Positions 25,494-35,022 of a stretch of 64,000 nucleotides of DNA are shown here, piece by piece; position 1 is the first letter of the stretch; each line of letters begins with the position of its first letter. The DNA is from Stappia sp. (GTDB lineage Bacteria; Pseudomonadota; Alphaproteobacteria; Rhizobiales; Stappiaceae). Where the stretch lies: the NCBI RefSeq assembly GCF_965276915.1, contig NZ_OZ255709.1, positions 4,644,985 to 4,708,984 of the forward strand. The letters run 5' to 3'. The translations under genes were made by a program, and so were the position numbers. The notes beneath the pieces were generated by a model. It searched no databases and was not told the origin of the DNA. It saw nothing but the letters and a program-made list of their open reading frames with translations.

Positions 25494-27863
25494 CTATTCG
25501 GCGGCTTGTGCCGGCTGCACGCTCTTCAGCGCCCGCCACACCGCCTGCGGCGTTGCCGGCATCTCCAGCGCATTGGTGCCGATCGCATCGGTGATCGCGT
25601 TGATCACCGCCGGCGGCGAGCCGATCGCCCCCGCCTCCCCGCAGCCCTTCATGCCCAGCGGATTGCCCGGGCATTCCGTCACCGTCGTCATCAGCCGGTA
25701 GGAGGGCACGTCGTCCGCGCGCGGCATCGTGTAGTCCATGTACGAGCCCGACAGAAGCTGCCCGTCCCCGTCATAGGCGGCGTTCTCCATCAAGGCCTGG
25801 CCGATGCCTTGCGTCAGCCCGCCATGCACCTGCCCCTCGACGATCATCGGGTTGATGATCGTGCCGAAGTCGTCCGCCGCCACGAAGTCGACGATCTCCA
25901 CCTTGCCCGTCTCCGGGTCCACTTCCACCTCGCACGCATAGGTGCCGGCCGGGAAGGTGAAGTTGGTCGGATCGTAGAACGCTCCCTCCTTCAGCCCCGG
26001 CTCCATGCCTTCGGGCATGTTGTGCGCCGTGTAGGCCGCAAGCGCCACCTGGAAGAAAGGAAGCTCCTTGTCCGTGCCGGCCACCTTGAACGTGCCGCCC
26101 TCCACCGTGATGTCGCCTTCCGAGGCCTCCATCAGGTGGGCCGCAAGCTTCTTCGCCTTCGCCTCCACCTTGTCCAGCGCCTTGACGATCGCCGACATGC
26201 CGACAGCCCCCGAGCGCGACCCGTAGGTGCCCATCCCGAACTGCACCTTGTCCGTGTCGCCATGCACGATCGAGACCGTGTCGAGACCCACCCCGAAGCG
26301 CTCCGCCACAAGCTGGGCAAACGTCGTCTCGTGCCCCTGGCCATGGCTGTGCGAGCCGGTCAGAACCTCGATCGTGCCGACCGGATTGACCCGCACCTCG
26401 GCGGATTCCCACAAGCCGACGCCCGCGCCCAGCGAGCCGACCGCCTGGCTCGGCGCGATGCCGCAGGCCTCGATGTAGCAGGACAGCCCCAGCCCGCGCA
26501 GCTTGCCGCGCCGCGCCGCCTCCGCCTTGCGGCCGGCAAAGCCCGCCTGGTCGATCGCGCCAAGCGCTGCATCCAGCGAAGCGTCATAGTCGCCCGCGTC
26601 GTAGCACATGATCACCGGCGTCTGGTGCGGGAAGGACCGGATGAAGTTCGCCCGCCGGAACGCGGCAGGCTCCATCCCCACCTCGCGCGCCGCCGTCTCC
26701 ATCATCCGCTCCAGCAGGTAGGTCGCCTCCGGACGCCCCGCCCCGCGATAGGCATCGACCGGCACCGTGTTGGTGTAGACCGTCTTCACGTTGGCGTGGA
26801 TCGCCGGGATGTCATACTGCCCCGACAGCAGCGTCGCGTAGAGATAGGTCGGCACCGACGACGAGAACAGCGACATGTAGGCGCCAAGATTGGCCACCGT
26901 CTTCACACGAAGCCCGGTGATCCGGTTGTCGGCGTCGAGCGCCATCTCCGCTTCCGAATAGTGGTCGCGCCCATGCGCGTCGGTCAGGAACGCCTCCGTC
27001 CGGTCGCAGGTCCACTTCACCGGAACCCCGGTCTTCTTCGACGCCCACAGGCAGACCATCTCTTCCGGATAGATGTAGATCTTCGAGCCGAAGCCGCCGC
27101 CCACATCCGGCGCGATCACCCTGAGCTTGTGCTCCGGCGCGATGTTGTAGAAGGCCGACAGCACCAGACGCGCCACATGCGGGTTCTGCGAGGTCGTCCA
27201 CAGCGTGTAGTGTTCCTCGGCCTCGTCGTAGTCGGCAAGGGCGGCACGCGGCTCCATCGGGTTGGGCACAAGCCGGTTGTTGCGGATCTCCATCCGCGTC
27301 ACATGCGCGGCGGAGGCGAAGGCCGCATCGGTCGCGGCTGCATCGCCGATCTCCCAGTCGTAGATCAGGTTGCCGGGCGCTTCCTCGTGCAGCTGCGGCG
27401 CGCCCTCCTTCAGCGCGTCGAGCGCATCGACCACCGCCGCAAGCGGCTCGTAGTCGACCTCGACCGCATCGGCCGCATCGCGTGCCTGCGCCTTCGTCCC
27501 GGCGACGACCACCGCCACCGCCTGGCCGACATGGCGCACATGCTCGCTCTCCAGCGCCCGCCACGCCCCCATCTTCATCGGGGTGCCGTCCTTCGAGTGG
27601 ATCATCCAGCCGCAGATCAGGTTGCCGACCCCGTCCGCGACAAGCTCCTGCCCGCTCAGCACCGCGATCACCCCGGGCATGGCGCGCGCCGCCGCCGCGT
27701 CGATCCCCCTCACCTTCGCATGGGCATGGGGCGAGCGCACGAACGCCGCATGCGCCATCCCCGCAACGCTCATGTCATCCGTGTAGCGCCCCTTGCCGGT
27801 GATGAAGCGCTTGTCCTCGCGCCGGCGAACCCGCGCACCGATACCCTCAACCGAACCTGCCAT
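25494..27863 (-). CDS. coxL: Form II CO-dehydrogenase-like molybdopterin-binding large subunit (xanthine dehydrogenase family)
   Basis: Start ATG 27863 ([30 protein letters not shown]), preceded by GAGGGAGG. Contains the form-II signature AYRGAGR ([12 protein letters not shown]), not the form-I AYxCSFR. Confidence 0.9.
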   Translation of the reverse strand: MAGSVEGIGARVRRREDKRFITGKGRYTDDMSVAGMAHAAFVRSPHAHAKVRGIDAAAARAMPGVIAVLSGQELVADGVGNLICGWMIHSKDGTPMKMGAWRALESEHVRHVGQAVAVVVAGTKAQARDAADAVEVDYEPLAAVVDALDALKEGAPQLHEEAPGNLIYDWEIGDAAATDAAFASAAHVTRMEIRNNRLVPNPMEPRAALADYDEAEEHYTLWTTSQNPHVARLVLSAFYNIAPEHKLRVIAPDVGGGFGSKIYIYPEEMVCLWASKKTGVPVKWTCDRTEAFLTDAHGRDHYSEAEMALDADNRITGLRVKTVANLGAYMSLFSSSVPTYLYATLLSGQYDIPAIHANVKTVYTNTVPVDAYRGAGRPEATYLLERMMETAAREVGMEPAAFRRANFIRSFPHQTPVIMCYDAGDYDASLDAALGAIDQAGFAGRKAEAARRGKLRGLGLSCYIEACGIAPSQAVGSLGAGVGLWESAEVRVNPVGTIEVLTGSHSHGQGHETTFAQLVAERFGVGLDTVSIVHGDTDKVQFGMGTYGSRSGAVGMSAIVKALDKVEAKAKKLAAHLMEASEGDITVEGGTFKVAGTDKELPFFQVALAAYTAHNMPEGMEPGLKEGAFYDPTNFTFPAGTYACEVEVDPETGKVEIVDFVAADDFGTIINPMIVEGQVHGGLTQGIGQALMENAAYDGDGQLLSGSYMDYTMPRADDVPSYRLMTTVTECPGNPLGMKGCGEAGAIGSPPAVINAITDAIGTNALEMPATPQAVWRALKSVQPAQAAE

Positions 27864-28011
27864 CTCGTCCTCCCTCGCAGCGGACCTTCGCGCTCCCTCG
27901 CACCCCGTTCCTTCCCCCGCACCGGGGCAAGGCCGGAGCCGGGGCCGGTCCGCAAAACCGTTCCCCGAATATGCTCTCTTGCCGTCTTCCGCCGGACCTC
28001 GCCGGCCCGGC

Positions 28012-28420
28012 CGCAAAGCCTGGCTGCAAAGCCTGACTGCAAGCCTGGCGGCCTCCCGCCACAAGGCCCTCGTTCTCTCAACGTCCCGGGCCCCAACGTC
28101 CCGCTCCCAACGTCCCGGATCAGCCGTTCCTGCGTCTTCCAGCCCCGGCCTTGCGGTCAGGTCCTCCGACCCTTCCTGCCAGCCATTCCTGCCAGCCCTC
28201 CCGGACGGCAAGTCCGGTTTGCGGACCCGATTGCGGTCCCCCAGTGCGGGGCCCAGTACGAGAGCCGCCAGTGCGGAGCCGCCGATGCGGGGTCCCCAGT
28301 GCGAAGCCCAATGCGGGGCCCAGTGCGTAGCCGGATTGCGGCCATGCCCGTACCCGAGCCGGCCCTTCGACGCCCTGTTCAGGCCGCCTACTCGGGCCGC
28401 CTACTCGGGCCGCCTACTCG
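28012..28420. repeat. Composite array of five different 12-15-nt tandem-repeat families filling the coxS-coxL spacer
   Basis: Five families. (1) cgcaaagcctgg/ctgcaaagcctga/ctgcaagcctgg. (2) AACGTCCC units at 28080/28095/28109. (3) TTCCTGCCAGCC at 28173 and 28186. (4) About 10 units with TGCGR cores from 28220 to 28337. (5) ggccgcctactcg x3 perfect at 28382-28420. Confidence 0.85.
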
Positions 28421-28905
28421 GCAGCCGTCTGCATTCCCGCCATCGTCTCGCTCGCCGCCGCGATCGCCTTGACGATGTTGTGGTAGCCCGTGCAGCGGCA
28501 GATATTACCCTCAAGCTCCGCCCGGATCGTCGCCTCGTCGAGCGGTCCCCCACCATGGCGCGCGATCATGTCCACCGCCGCCATGATCATCCCCGGCGTG
28601 CAGAACCCGCATTGCAACCCGTGATGCTCCTTGAATGCCGCCTGCACCGGATGCAGCTCGCCACCTTGCGCAAGGCCCTCGATCGTCGTCACCGCCGACC
28701 CGGACGCCTGCGCCGCAAGCATCGTGCACGACTTCACCGCCTTGCCGTCCACATGCACCACGCACGCCCCGCATTGCGACGTGTCGCAGCCCACATGCGT
28801 TCCCGTCAGTCCCAGAACATCGCGCAGGAATTCCACCAGAAGCGTCCGGTCCTCGACCGACCGCGTCACCTCGCGCCCGTTCACAACAACACTCACATCG
28901 CCCAT
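28414..28905 (-). CDS. coxS: [2Fe-2S]-binding small subunit of the CODH/xanthine dehydrogenase family
   Basis: Start ATG 28905 after GGGAGG. Cys motifs [12 protein letters not shown] and [10 protein letters not shown]...NICRCTGY. Confidence 0.9.
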   Translation of the reverse strand: MGDVSVVVNGREVTRSVEDRTLLVEFLRDVLGLTGTHVGCDTSQCGACVVHVDGKAVKSCTMLAAQASGSAVTTIEGLAQGGELHPVQAAFKEHHGLQCGFCTPGMIMAAVDMIARHGGGPLDEATIRAELEGNICRCTGYHNIVKAIAAASETMAGMQTAAE

Positions 28906-29010
28906 CAAAACCTCCCTCTCGTTCCCGCCCAGCTCGTCCGCCCGGCTCTTGTCTCCCCCGGCAGCAAGCCGGGCAAACCTTCAAGCCCGGCCAACCGCCG
29001 GGCAGCGCCC

Positions 29011-29742
29011 TCAGCTCATCAACGCCAGAACCACGATCACCACGCCCAGCGCCGCAAGGCCCCACACGACCGGACCGCCCAGAAAACCACGCCCCGCCGC
29101 GCTCTCGACCTCCGTCTCCACCTCGTGAACAGCCTCGGAGACAGCCTCGCCGACCCGGTGCGGCGCATCCGAAAGCGCCTGCGTCTTCGCCTCCTCCGCA
29201 AGCCCCGCGTCAAGCTCCACACCCGCAAACGACGACGAAGCCTCGCCCGAAGACGCCGCAGACGCATCGCCGCCAGACGCATCGGCATCGGGCGCGGCCC
29301 CGTCCCCCTCGACGATCTCCTTGAACTTGCCGAAAAACTCGTCCGCCATCTTCCGCGATGTCGACACGATCAGACGGCTGCCAAGCTGCGCGAGCTTGCC
29401 GCCGACCTGCGCCTTCACCGAATAGCTGAGAACCGTCGCATCGCCGTCCTCGGCAAGCGACACATCCGCCGACCCCTTGGCAAAGCCGGCAACGCCGCCC
29501 TTGCCCTCGCCGACAATCGTGTAGCGCTCCGGCGGAACCATGTTCTCCAGCGTCACCGCACCCTTGAACGTCGCCTTCACAGGGCCGATCTTCGCAACGA
29601 CCGTCGCGCTCATCTCACGGTCCGAAAGCTTCTCAAGAGACTGGCAACCCGGTATGCAACGACGCAACACATCCGCATCGTTCAACGCAGACCAGACAAC
29701 ACCTCGACCAGCCAACAACCGGTACTCGCCTACCAAATCCAT
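29011..29742 (-). CDS. coxG: CoxG-like SRPBCC protein with acidic linker and C-terminal membrane anchor
   Basis: Start ATG 29742 ([41 protein letters not shown]...ATFKG), the CoxG/SRPBCC pattern. C-terminus [19 protein letters not shown]. Confidence 0.8.
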   Translation of the reverse strand: MDLVGEYRLLAGRGVVWSALNDADVLRRCIPGCQSLEKLSDREMSATVVAKIGPVKATFKGAVTLENMVPPERYTIVGEGKGGVAGFAKGSADVSLAEDGDATVLSYSVKAQVGGKLAQLGSRLIVSTSRKMADEFFGKFKEIVEGDGAAPDADASGGDASAASSGEASSSFAGVELDAGLAEEAKTQALSDAPHRVGEAVSEAVHEVETEVESAAGRGFLGGPVVWGLAALGVVIVVLALMS

Positions 29743-30010
29743 TGAAACCCTCCCGGTTTCGGCAGACCCCGGCACTGAGCCCGCGGGTCCCGGCCGGCAC
29801 CCGCGTCCTGACGACGGCGAGCCTCCCTGCGGCCGCCATCAGGAAAGGGCAGGCGGCCGGCCTTGTACACTGTACTTTCGGTCGAGCGCTTCCCGCGCGC
29901 CGCGCTTGTCAGAATGAAGGCGCCGGCCCTAGAGTGAGCGACGTCGCGCAGTCGCGCCCGGGCACCCTCGTGCCGGCCGGCGGGACCGCCGCGGCGCGAG
30001 GGAGGAAAAC

Positions 30011-31198
30011 GTGCAGCCGAATGGCGGCATCGACCAGGCCTGCGGCATCGTCGCGCTCGAATGCGACGATCCGGATGACGCCGGTTTCTGGACGCGTGTC
30101 GCCGAGGCGCGCGCGCGCGTCGATGCGGGCTTTGCCCTCGTGTTCTTCTCTTCCTTGCGCTTCGCCGCCGGCCCGCTCGGCACGGCCCTGGCACAGGCCT
30201 GCCCGGACCTGCGCTATGCCGCCTGCTCGACCGCCGGCGAAATCACCCGCGCCGGCGTCTCGGAAGGCAATCTCGTCGTCATCCTGTTTCCCGCGGCCAG
30301 TTTTCGCATCGAGGCGCTGTGTGTCCGCGACCTGCGCAATGCCGGAATGGAGCGCATCGTCGCCCAGGTCGGCGAGGCCAAGCGGGCCTTCATCGCGGCC
30401 GGTGCACCGGAGGCCGAAAGCACTGCCAACCGTTTCGCGCTCTGCCTGATCGACGGGCTTTCCTTCGCCGAGGAAGCGGCGACCGCCGCCCTGCACTGGG
30501 GCCTCGACGACGTGCCGCTGCTGGGAGGCTCGGCTGGCGACGACATGCGTTTCGGCGCCACCACGCTGATCCTCGACGGCGAGCCGGCCAGCGACGCCGC
30601 GCTCCTGATCCTTGTCGAGACGCCGGTCCCCTTCCACATCTTCAAGACCGACAATTTCGTGCCGACGCCGAACAAGCTGGTCGTCACCCGCTCCGACCCC
30701 GACCGGCGCATCGTGCACGAGTTCAACGCAGCGCCGGCGGCGGCCGAATATGCCAGGGTCATCGGCATCGACCCGGACAGCCTGTCGCCGATGAGCTTTG
30801 CCTCGCATCCGCTCGTCGTGCGTGTCGGAGGCGAATACTATTGCCGCTCGGTGCAGAAGATGAATGACGACGGGTCGCTCTCCTTCTTCTGCGCCATCGA
30901 CGACGGCATCGTCATGACCGTTGCCGAGCCGGCCGGCATGACGCGCACCACCCGGGCCGCCTTCGAGGCGGTGCGCGAGCGCATCGGCGGCATCGACTTC
31001 GTGCTCGGCTTCGACTGCGTGCTGCGTCGCATCGATGCCCGCAACCGGCAGGTGACCCATCGCATCGCCGAGATCTACCGCGACAACAATGTCATCGGCT
31101 TCAACACCTATGGCGAGCAGTATCTGTCAATGCATCTGAACCAGACCTTCACCGGCATTGCCTTCGGTCCGGGCACGGCGCAGGAAACCGGCGCATGA
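30011..31198 (+). CDS. FIST-domain (FIST_N + FIST_C) sensory protein
   Basis: GTG start after GGGAGGAAAAC. LVFFSS...ACSTAGEI...LLGGSAGD...NTYGEQY are typical FIST features. The stop overlaps the kinase start (ATGA). Confidence 0.75.
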   Translation: MQPNGGIDQACGIVALECDDPDDAGFWTRVAEARARVDAGFALVFFSSLRFAAGPLGTALAQACPDLRYAACSTAGEITRAGVSEGNLVVILFPAASFRIEALCVRDLRNAGMERIVAQVGEAKRAFIAAGAPEAESTANRFALCLIDGLSFAEEAATAALHWGLDDVPLLGGSAGDDMRFGATTLILDGEPASDAALLILVETPVPFHIFKTDNFVPTPNKLVVTRSDPDRRIVHEFNAAPAAAEYARVIGIDPDSLSPMSFASHPLVVRVGGEYYCRSVQKMNDDGSLSFFCAIDDGIVMTVAEPAGMTRTTRAAFEAVRERIGGIDFVLGFDCVLRRIDARNRQVTHRIAEIYRDNNVIGFNTYGEQYLSMHLNQTFTGIAFGPGTAQETGA

Positions 31199-32547
31199 GC
31201 ATCCTCGATATCGACGATGTCGACCGGCTGAAGCGGATCAACGACGCGCTGCTCAACCGGGTCGAGCGGGCGATGGACCAGCAGCGCAACGCCTTCTCCC
31301 TGTTCCAGACGGCGATCGCGCTGGAGGGCCAGGTGCGCCGCCGCACGGATGAGCTCACCTCGACCCTGCGCAACCTGGAGCGCACCAACGCCGAGCTCGC
31401 CCGCCAGAAGGAAATCTCCGAGCGCGCCGACCAGTCGAAGACGCGTTTCCTGGCCGCTGCCAGCCACGACGTGTTGCAGCCGCTGCACGCCGCGCAGCTG
31501 ACCATGTCGGCGCTGCACGACCTGCAGGAAAACGAACGCGGCCGGGCGATGGTGGCCCAGGTCGAGCGGGCGCTCGACACGATGAACGAGCTGCTGCACA
31601 CGCTGCTCGACATCTCCCGCCTCGATGCCGGCGTCATGGTGCCGAACCTTTCGGCGGTGCCGCTGACGCCGGTGATCGATTCGCTCCTGTCCGACCTGCG
31701 GCCGATCGCCGAGGCCAAGGGGCTGCGCCTGCAGACGGCCATTGCCGGCGACCATGTGCGCTCCGACCGCACCATGCTGCGCCGGGCGTTGCAGAACCTG
31801 ATCTCGAACGCCATCCGCTACACCGACCGCGGCGGCGTGTTGATCGGCACCAGGCGACGCGGCGACATGGTCGCGATCGAAGTGGTCGACACCGGTTGCG
31901 GCATTCCCCTCGACCAGCGCGAGAGGATCTTCGACGAGTTCCATCGCGGGTCCGCGGCCAAGGAACGCGCCGGGCGGGACGGCGATTGCGCCCTCGGCCT
32001 CGGCCTGTCGATCGTCAAGCGGCTGGTCACCGCCCTCGGCCACGAACTCAGCCTGACCTCGGAAGTCGGCAAGGGCAGCCGGTTCCGCATTCTCGCCAGT
32101 CGCTGCGAGGCCTTGCAGGGCGCGGGCGTGCCACCTTCGCCGGCACCGCGCCAGGCCCGCGACGCGGCGCTCTCGGGCCGCCGGATCCTGCTCGTGGAGA
32201 ACGATCCGGACGTGATCCGTGCCATGTCGGTGCTGCTCGAGGGCTGGGGCTGCGATCATCGGGCCGCGGCCTGCAAGGGGGAAGCGCTCGACATACTTGA
32301 TCAAGGCTTCGTGCCGGACCTTGTGATCGCCGACCAGCATCTGGATCACGGCGACCTCGGCACCCGGACCGTGGCCGTGCTGCTGCACAGGCTGGGCCGA
32401 CGCCTGCCCGTCATCCTGGCCACCGCCGACATCACCGAAACCGTCATGCACCAGGCGGAGCAACTGGGCGCTGAGTTCATGGCAAAGCCGGTGAAGCCGG
32501 CGCAATTGCGGGCCCTGATGGCCCATATGCTCGCCCGCGCACCCTGA
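31195..32547 (+). CDS. Cytoplasmic hybrid sensor histidine kinase (coiled coil-HisKA-HATPase-REC)
   Basis: H-box FLAAASHDVLQPL, N-box LQNLISNAIRYT, G-boxes VDTGCGIP and GLGLSIV. C-terminal receiver ILLVENDPD...LVIADQHL...KPV. No TM segments. Confidence 0.9.
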   Translation: MSILDIDDVDRLKRINDALLNRVERAMDQQRNAFSLFQTAIALEGQVRRRTDELTSTLRNLERTNAELARQKEISERADQSKTRFLAAASHDVLQPLHAAQLTMSALHDLQENERGRAMVAQVERALDTMNELLHTLLDISRLDAGVMVPNLSAVPLTPVIDSLLSDLRPIAEAKGLRLQTAIAGDHVRSDRTMLRRALQNLISNAIRYTDRGGVLIGTRRRGDMVAIEVVDTGCGIPLDQRERIFDEFHRGSAAKERAGRDGDCALGLGLSIVKRLVTALGHELSLTSEVGKGSRFRILASRCEALQGAGVPPSPAPRQARDAALSGRRILLVENDPDVIRAMSVLLEGWGCDHRAAACKGEALDILDQGFVPDLVIADQHLDHGDLGTRTVAVLLHRLGRRLPVILATADITETVMHQAEQLGAEFMAKPVKPAQLRALMAHMLARAP

Positions 32548-32583
32548 GAAGGGGCGAATGGAGCGTTCCCGCCAAGGCCCTGC

Positions 32584-33285
32584 CTATCCTACCGCATTGC
32601 CAAAGGGATCAGCCGGATCGAGGTCGGAGATCTGGTCGAGCCTCGACATCTCGATCACGGCCTGGGTGCGGCTGTGAACGCCGAGCTTGCGCAGGATCTC
32701 GGAGACATGCGCCTTCACCGTGGTCTCCCCCACCTGCAACTCGTAGGCGATCTGCTTGTTGAGCAACCCGTCGCGGATCATGCCCAGCACCTTCAGCTGC
32801 TGCGGCGTCAGGCTGGAGACCCGGTCGATCATCGCGCGCGCATGGGCGCCGAGCTGCGCCTCGCCGGCGGCCGCGAGGTTCTCCGGCACGAACACCGCCC
32901 CGTTGATCACCTTCTGGATCGCATCGGCGAGCGCCGCCTTCTTCGAGGATTTGGGAATGAAGCCGGCCGCGCCGTAGGCGATAACCTGGGACACGACCCG
33001 CGGATCCTCGTGACCGGAAACGACGACCACCGGCAGACGCGGAAAATGGGTGCGCAGGTGTAAAAGCCCATCCATGCCGCGCACCCCGGGGATGTTGAGA
33101 TCGAGCAGGGCAAGGTCGAAACCGCTTTCGTCCGCCAGGATGTCGCATGCCTCCGGCAGGGAGGCGGCATCGAGCGTCTCGGCATCCGGATAGGCGAGCG
33201 TCACCGCACTGTGCAGCGCCTCGCGAAACAGCGGGTGATCGTCGATGATCAGGAACTTCGTCATGGCGTCGGCATCTGCTGTCAT
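32584..33285 (-). CDS. LuxR/FixJ(NarL)-family response regulator
   Basis: REC domain FLIIDDHPLFREAL...DLALLDLNIPG, plus the LuxR HTH LTPQQLKVLGMIRDGLLNKQIAYELQVGETTVKAHVSEILRKLGV. Start ATG 33285 or 33264. Confidence 0.9.
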   Translation of the reverse strand: MTADADAMTKFLIIDDHPLFREALHSAVTLAYPDAETLDAASLPEACDILADESGFDLALLDLNIPGVRGMDGLLHLRTHFPRLPVVVVSGHEDPRVVSQVIAYGAAGFIPKSSKKAALADAIQKVINGAVFVPENLAAAGEAQLGAHARAMIDRVSSLTPQQLKVLGMIRDGLLNKQIAYELQVGETTVKAHVSEILRKLGVHSRTQAVIEMSRLDQISDLDPADPFGNAVG

Positions 33286-33448
33286 CTCGCTCGCTCCGAC
33301 CATCGCACCGGCGACCGCCCGTTGGAAGCGGCGCGGCACGAAACGCGACGGGACCGGACGGCCCGGCACCCGCAAGGGAGCAAGTTTCACGAAACCCGCA
33401 GCATCCGGCAAGCGAACTAAAGGACGAGACAGAAGTCGTCCGCGCCGC

Positions 33449-34183
33449 TCAGGCGAAGCGGGTGAACATCTCCGCCTCGTCCGCCTCCGCATCGCCCACC
33501 ACCTCGAAGCAGACGACGGAGCCTTCCGACAGGTTGACGTTGTAGGCGAAACCTTCCGCGCACAGGCCGGAGAAGATCTCGATCACCCCGGCCTTGCCGA
33601 TGCGCTGGGGATGCAGTTCGAGGATGATCCGCTGCAGCCCGCCCTTTCGCAGGTTGCGCAGCAGTTCCAGCTCCGCCCCCTCGATGTCGGAAATCAGCAC
33701 GGTGATCCCCTTGTCCGCGATGAAGGCGGAGGCATCGACCGCCGGCACCTGCACCGTCTCGGTCACCCCTTCCTGGTCCTGGCCGATGCCGGACCGCCAG
33801 AACTCGCGATGCAGGGTGAACTCGACGAACCCCTTTTCCAGCACCTGCGGATCGGTGACGAAGGCGGCATTGATCACCTCGATGCCCTCAACCCCGTTGC
33901 GAAGATGGGTCTGGCGAATGTGGGGGATGAGCCGGGCATCGGCCTCCACGGCAGCGTAATAGGCCGGCCCGACATTGCGCATGACGCCGGCGGAAATGAA
34001 GCCGACGCCGGCGCCAAGCTCCAGCACCCGGTCGTCCTGGCGCACGAAACGCGAGGCCATCGAGAGTTCCGAGGCCTCGTAGCGGCCGCGCCGGATCTCG
34101 GTGACGATCCGCTCGTTGGCGACCTCCTCGTCGAGGCTCAGCACCAGTCCGCTGGTGCCATGGGTTACGAGCTGTCCCGACAT
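33449..34183 (-). CDS. FkbM-family SAM-dependent methyltransferase
   Basis: Start ATG 34183 after GGGGAG. SAM motif VLELGAGVGFIS and the FkbM-type region VLISDIEGAELELL. Confidence 0.7.
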   Translation of the reverse strand: MSGQLVTHGTSGLVLSLDEEVANERIVTEIRRGRYEASELSMASRFVRQDDRVLELGAGVGFISAGVMRNVGPAYYAAVEADARLIPHIRQTHLRNGVEGIEVINAAFVTDPQVLEKGFVEFTLHREFWRSGIGQDQEGVTETVQVPAVDASAFIADKGITVLISDIEGAELELLRNLRKGGLQRIILELHPQRIGKAGVIEIFSGLCAEGFAYNVNLSEGSVVCFEVVGDAEADEAEMFTRFA

Positions 34184-34443
34184 CCTTATCACTCCCCTCG
34201 TTCCTGCCGCCGCTCCGGCCGGCACCGTACGCATCGCCGGAATGCCCGGTTCCTGGCTTGCCTGCAACGATGCGGCGTCAAGAACAGTCATGCAACCGAA
34301 GCATAGGTAATTATTACAATACCCGCATTGCGCGCATTCAACCCTCTCCTTGTCGCAAAGCTCAAAGGCTCTGGCAAGGGCTCCGGATGCGGAAGGAATC
34401 GGGAAAACAGGCAAGGGGGAAGGCGGTTCAGGTCGCCGGAAGA

Positions 34444-35022
34444 TCAGAGCGCCAGGCGGAGGATGGCCGCCACCATCTGGCGACCGGCATCGGCGAGCGT
34501 GCCGCTGTTGTCGATTGTCGCGGCCGGCTCGACCGGCAGCGGTTCGCCCGCCCGCGCGATACGATCCGCGATCTCCTCTGCGCTTTCGCGGCCGCGCGCC
34601 GACAACCGCTCGGCAAGGACCTCCGGGCGCGCGGTGATCGAGATGACGGCAAGGCCCGGGAAGCGCTCCACCATCGCGGCCAGCACCTTGCGCGAGCCGT
34701 TGACCACCGCCGGATGGCCGGCGCGCAGATGCTCGCCGAGCGATGCGGGCAACCCGTAGCCGAGCCCATGGGCGCGCCAGCAGAAGGAGAAGGCCCCCTC
34801 TGCCTCCGCCCGGTCGAACTCCGCTGCGGTCATCGGCATATGCGCCTCCGCATCGCCGGTGGCGGGCCGGGTGATCGCCCTGCGCACGAACAGCAGCTCC
34901 GGCCGGTCGGCGAACGCCTCGCGGGCCAGCGCCAGCAGGCTGTCCTTGCCGACGCCGCTCGGACCGACCACGGCGATCAGGCGGCCTTGCGGATTTTCCA
35001 CGGTAAGATCTCCGTCCCTCAC
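34444..35022 (-). CDS. phnN: Ribose 1,5-bisphosphate phosphokinase
   Basis: P-loop VVGPSGVGKDSL, guanylate-kinase-like body, last gene of the phn operon. GTG 35022 overlaps the phnM stop (GTGA). Confidence 0.85.
   Translation of the reverse strand: MRDGDLTVENPQGRLIAVVGPSGVGKDSLLALAREAFADRPELLFVRRAITRPATGDAEAHMPMTAAEFDRAEAEGAFSFCWRAHGLGYGLPASLGEHLRAGHPAVVNGSRKVLAAMVERFPGLAVISITARPEVLAERLSARGRESAEEIADRIARAGEPLPVEPAATIDNSGTLADAGRQMVAAILRLAL

Noticed and set aside
25494-27863. Genuine (form I) aerobic CO dehydrogenase
   Set aside because: The active-site loop is AYRGAGR, not AYxCSFR, and no coxDEF accessory genes are adjacent. It is called form II / unknown substrate.
28120-28345. Small ORFs 28120..28311 and 28157..28345 inside the cox spacer
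   Set aside because: Their reading frames are a by-product of the 13-nt repeats (periodic RTGP/PQTG-type sequence). There is no RBS and no plausible start context.
28012-28420. Possible CRISPR array in the coxS-coxL spacer
   Set aside because: The units are 12-15 nt and directly abutting, with no unique spacers. Several unrelated repeat families are present, and there are no cas genes in the window.
25506-29745. Long plus-strand ORFs 25506..28472 (988 aa) and 27793..29745 (650 aa)
   Set aside because: They are antisense shadows of coxL/coxS/coxG. They are low-complexity Arg/Pro-rich and cross the non-coding repeat spacer.
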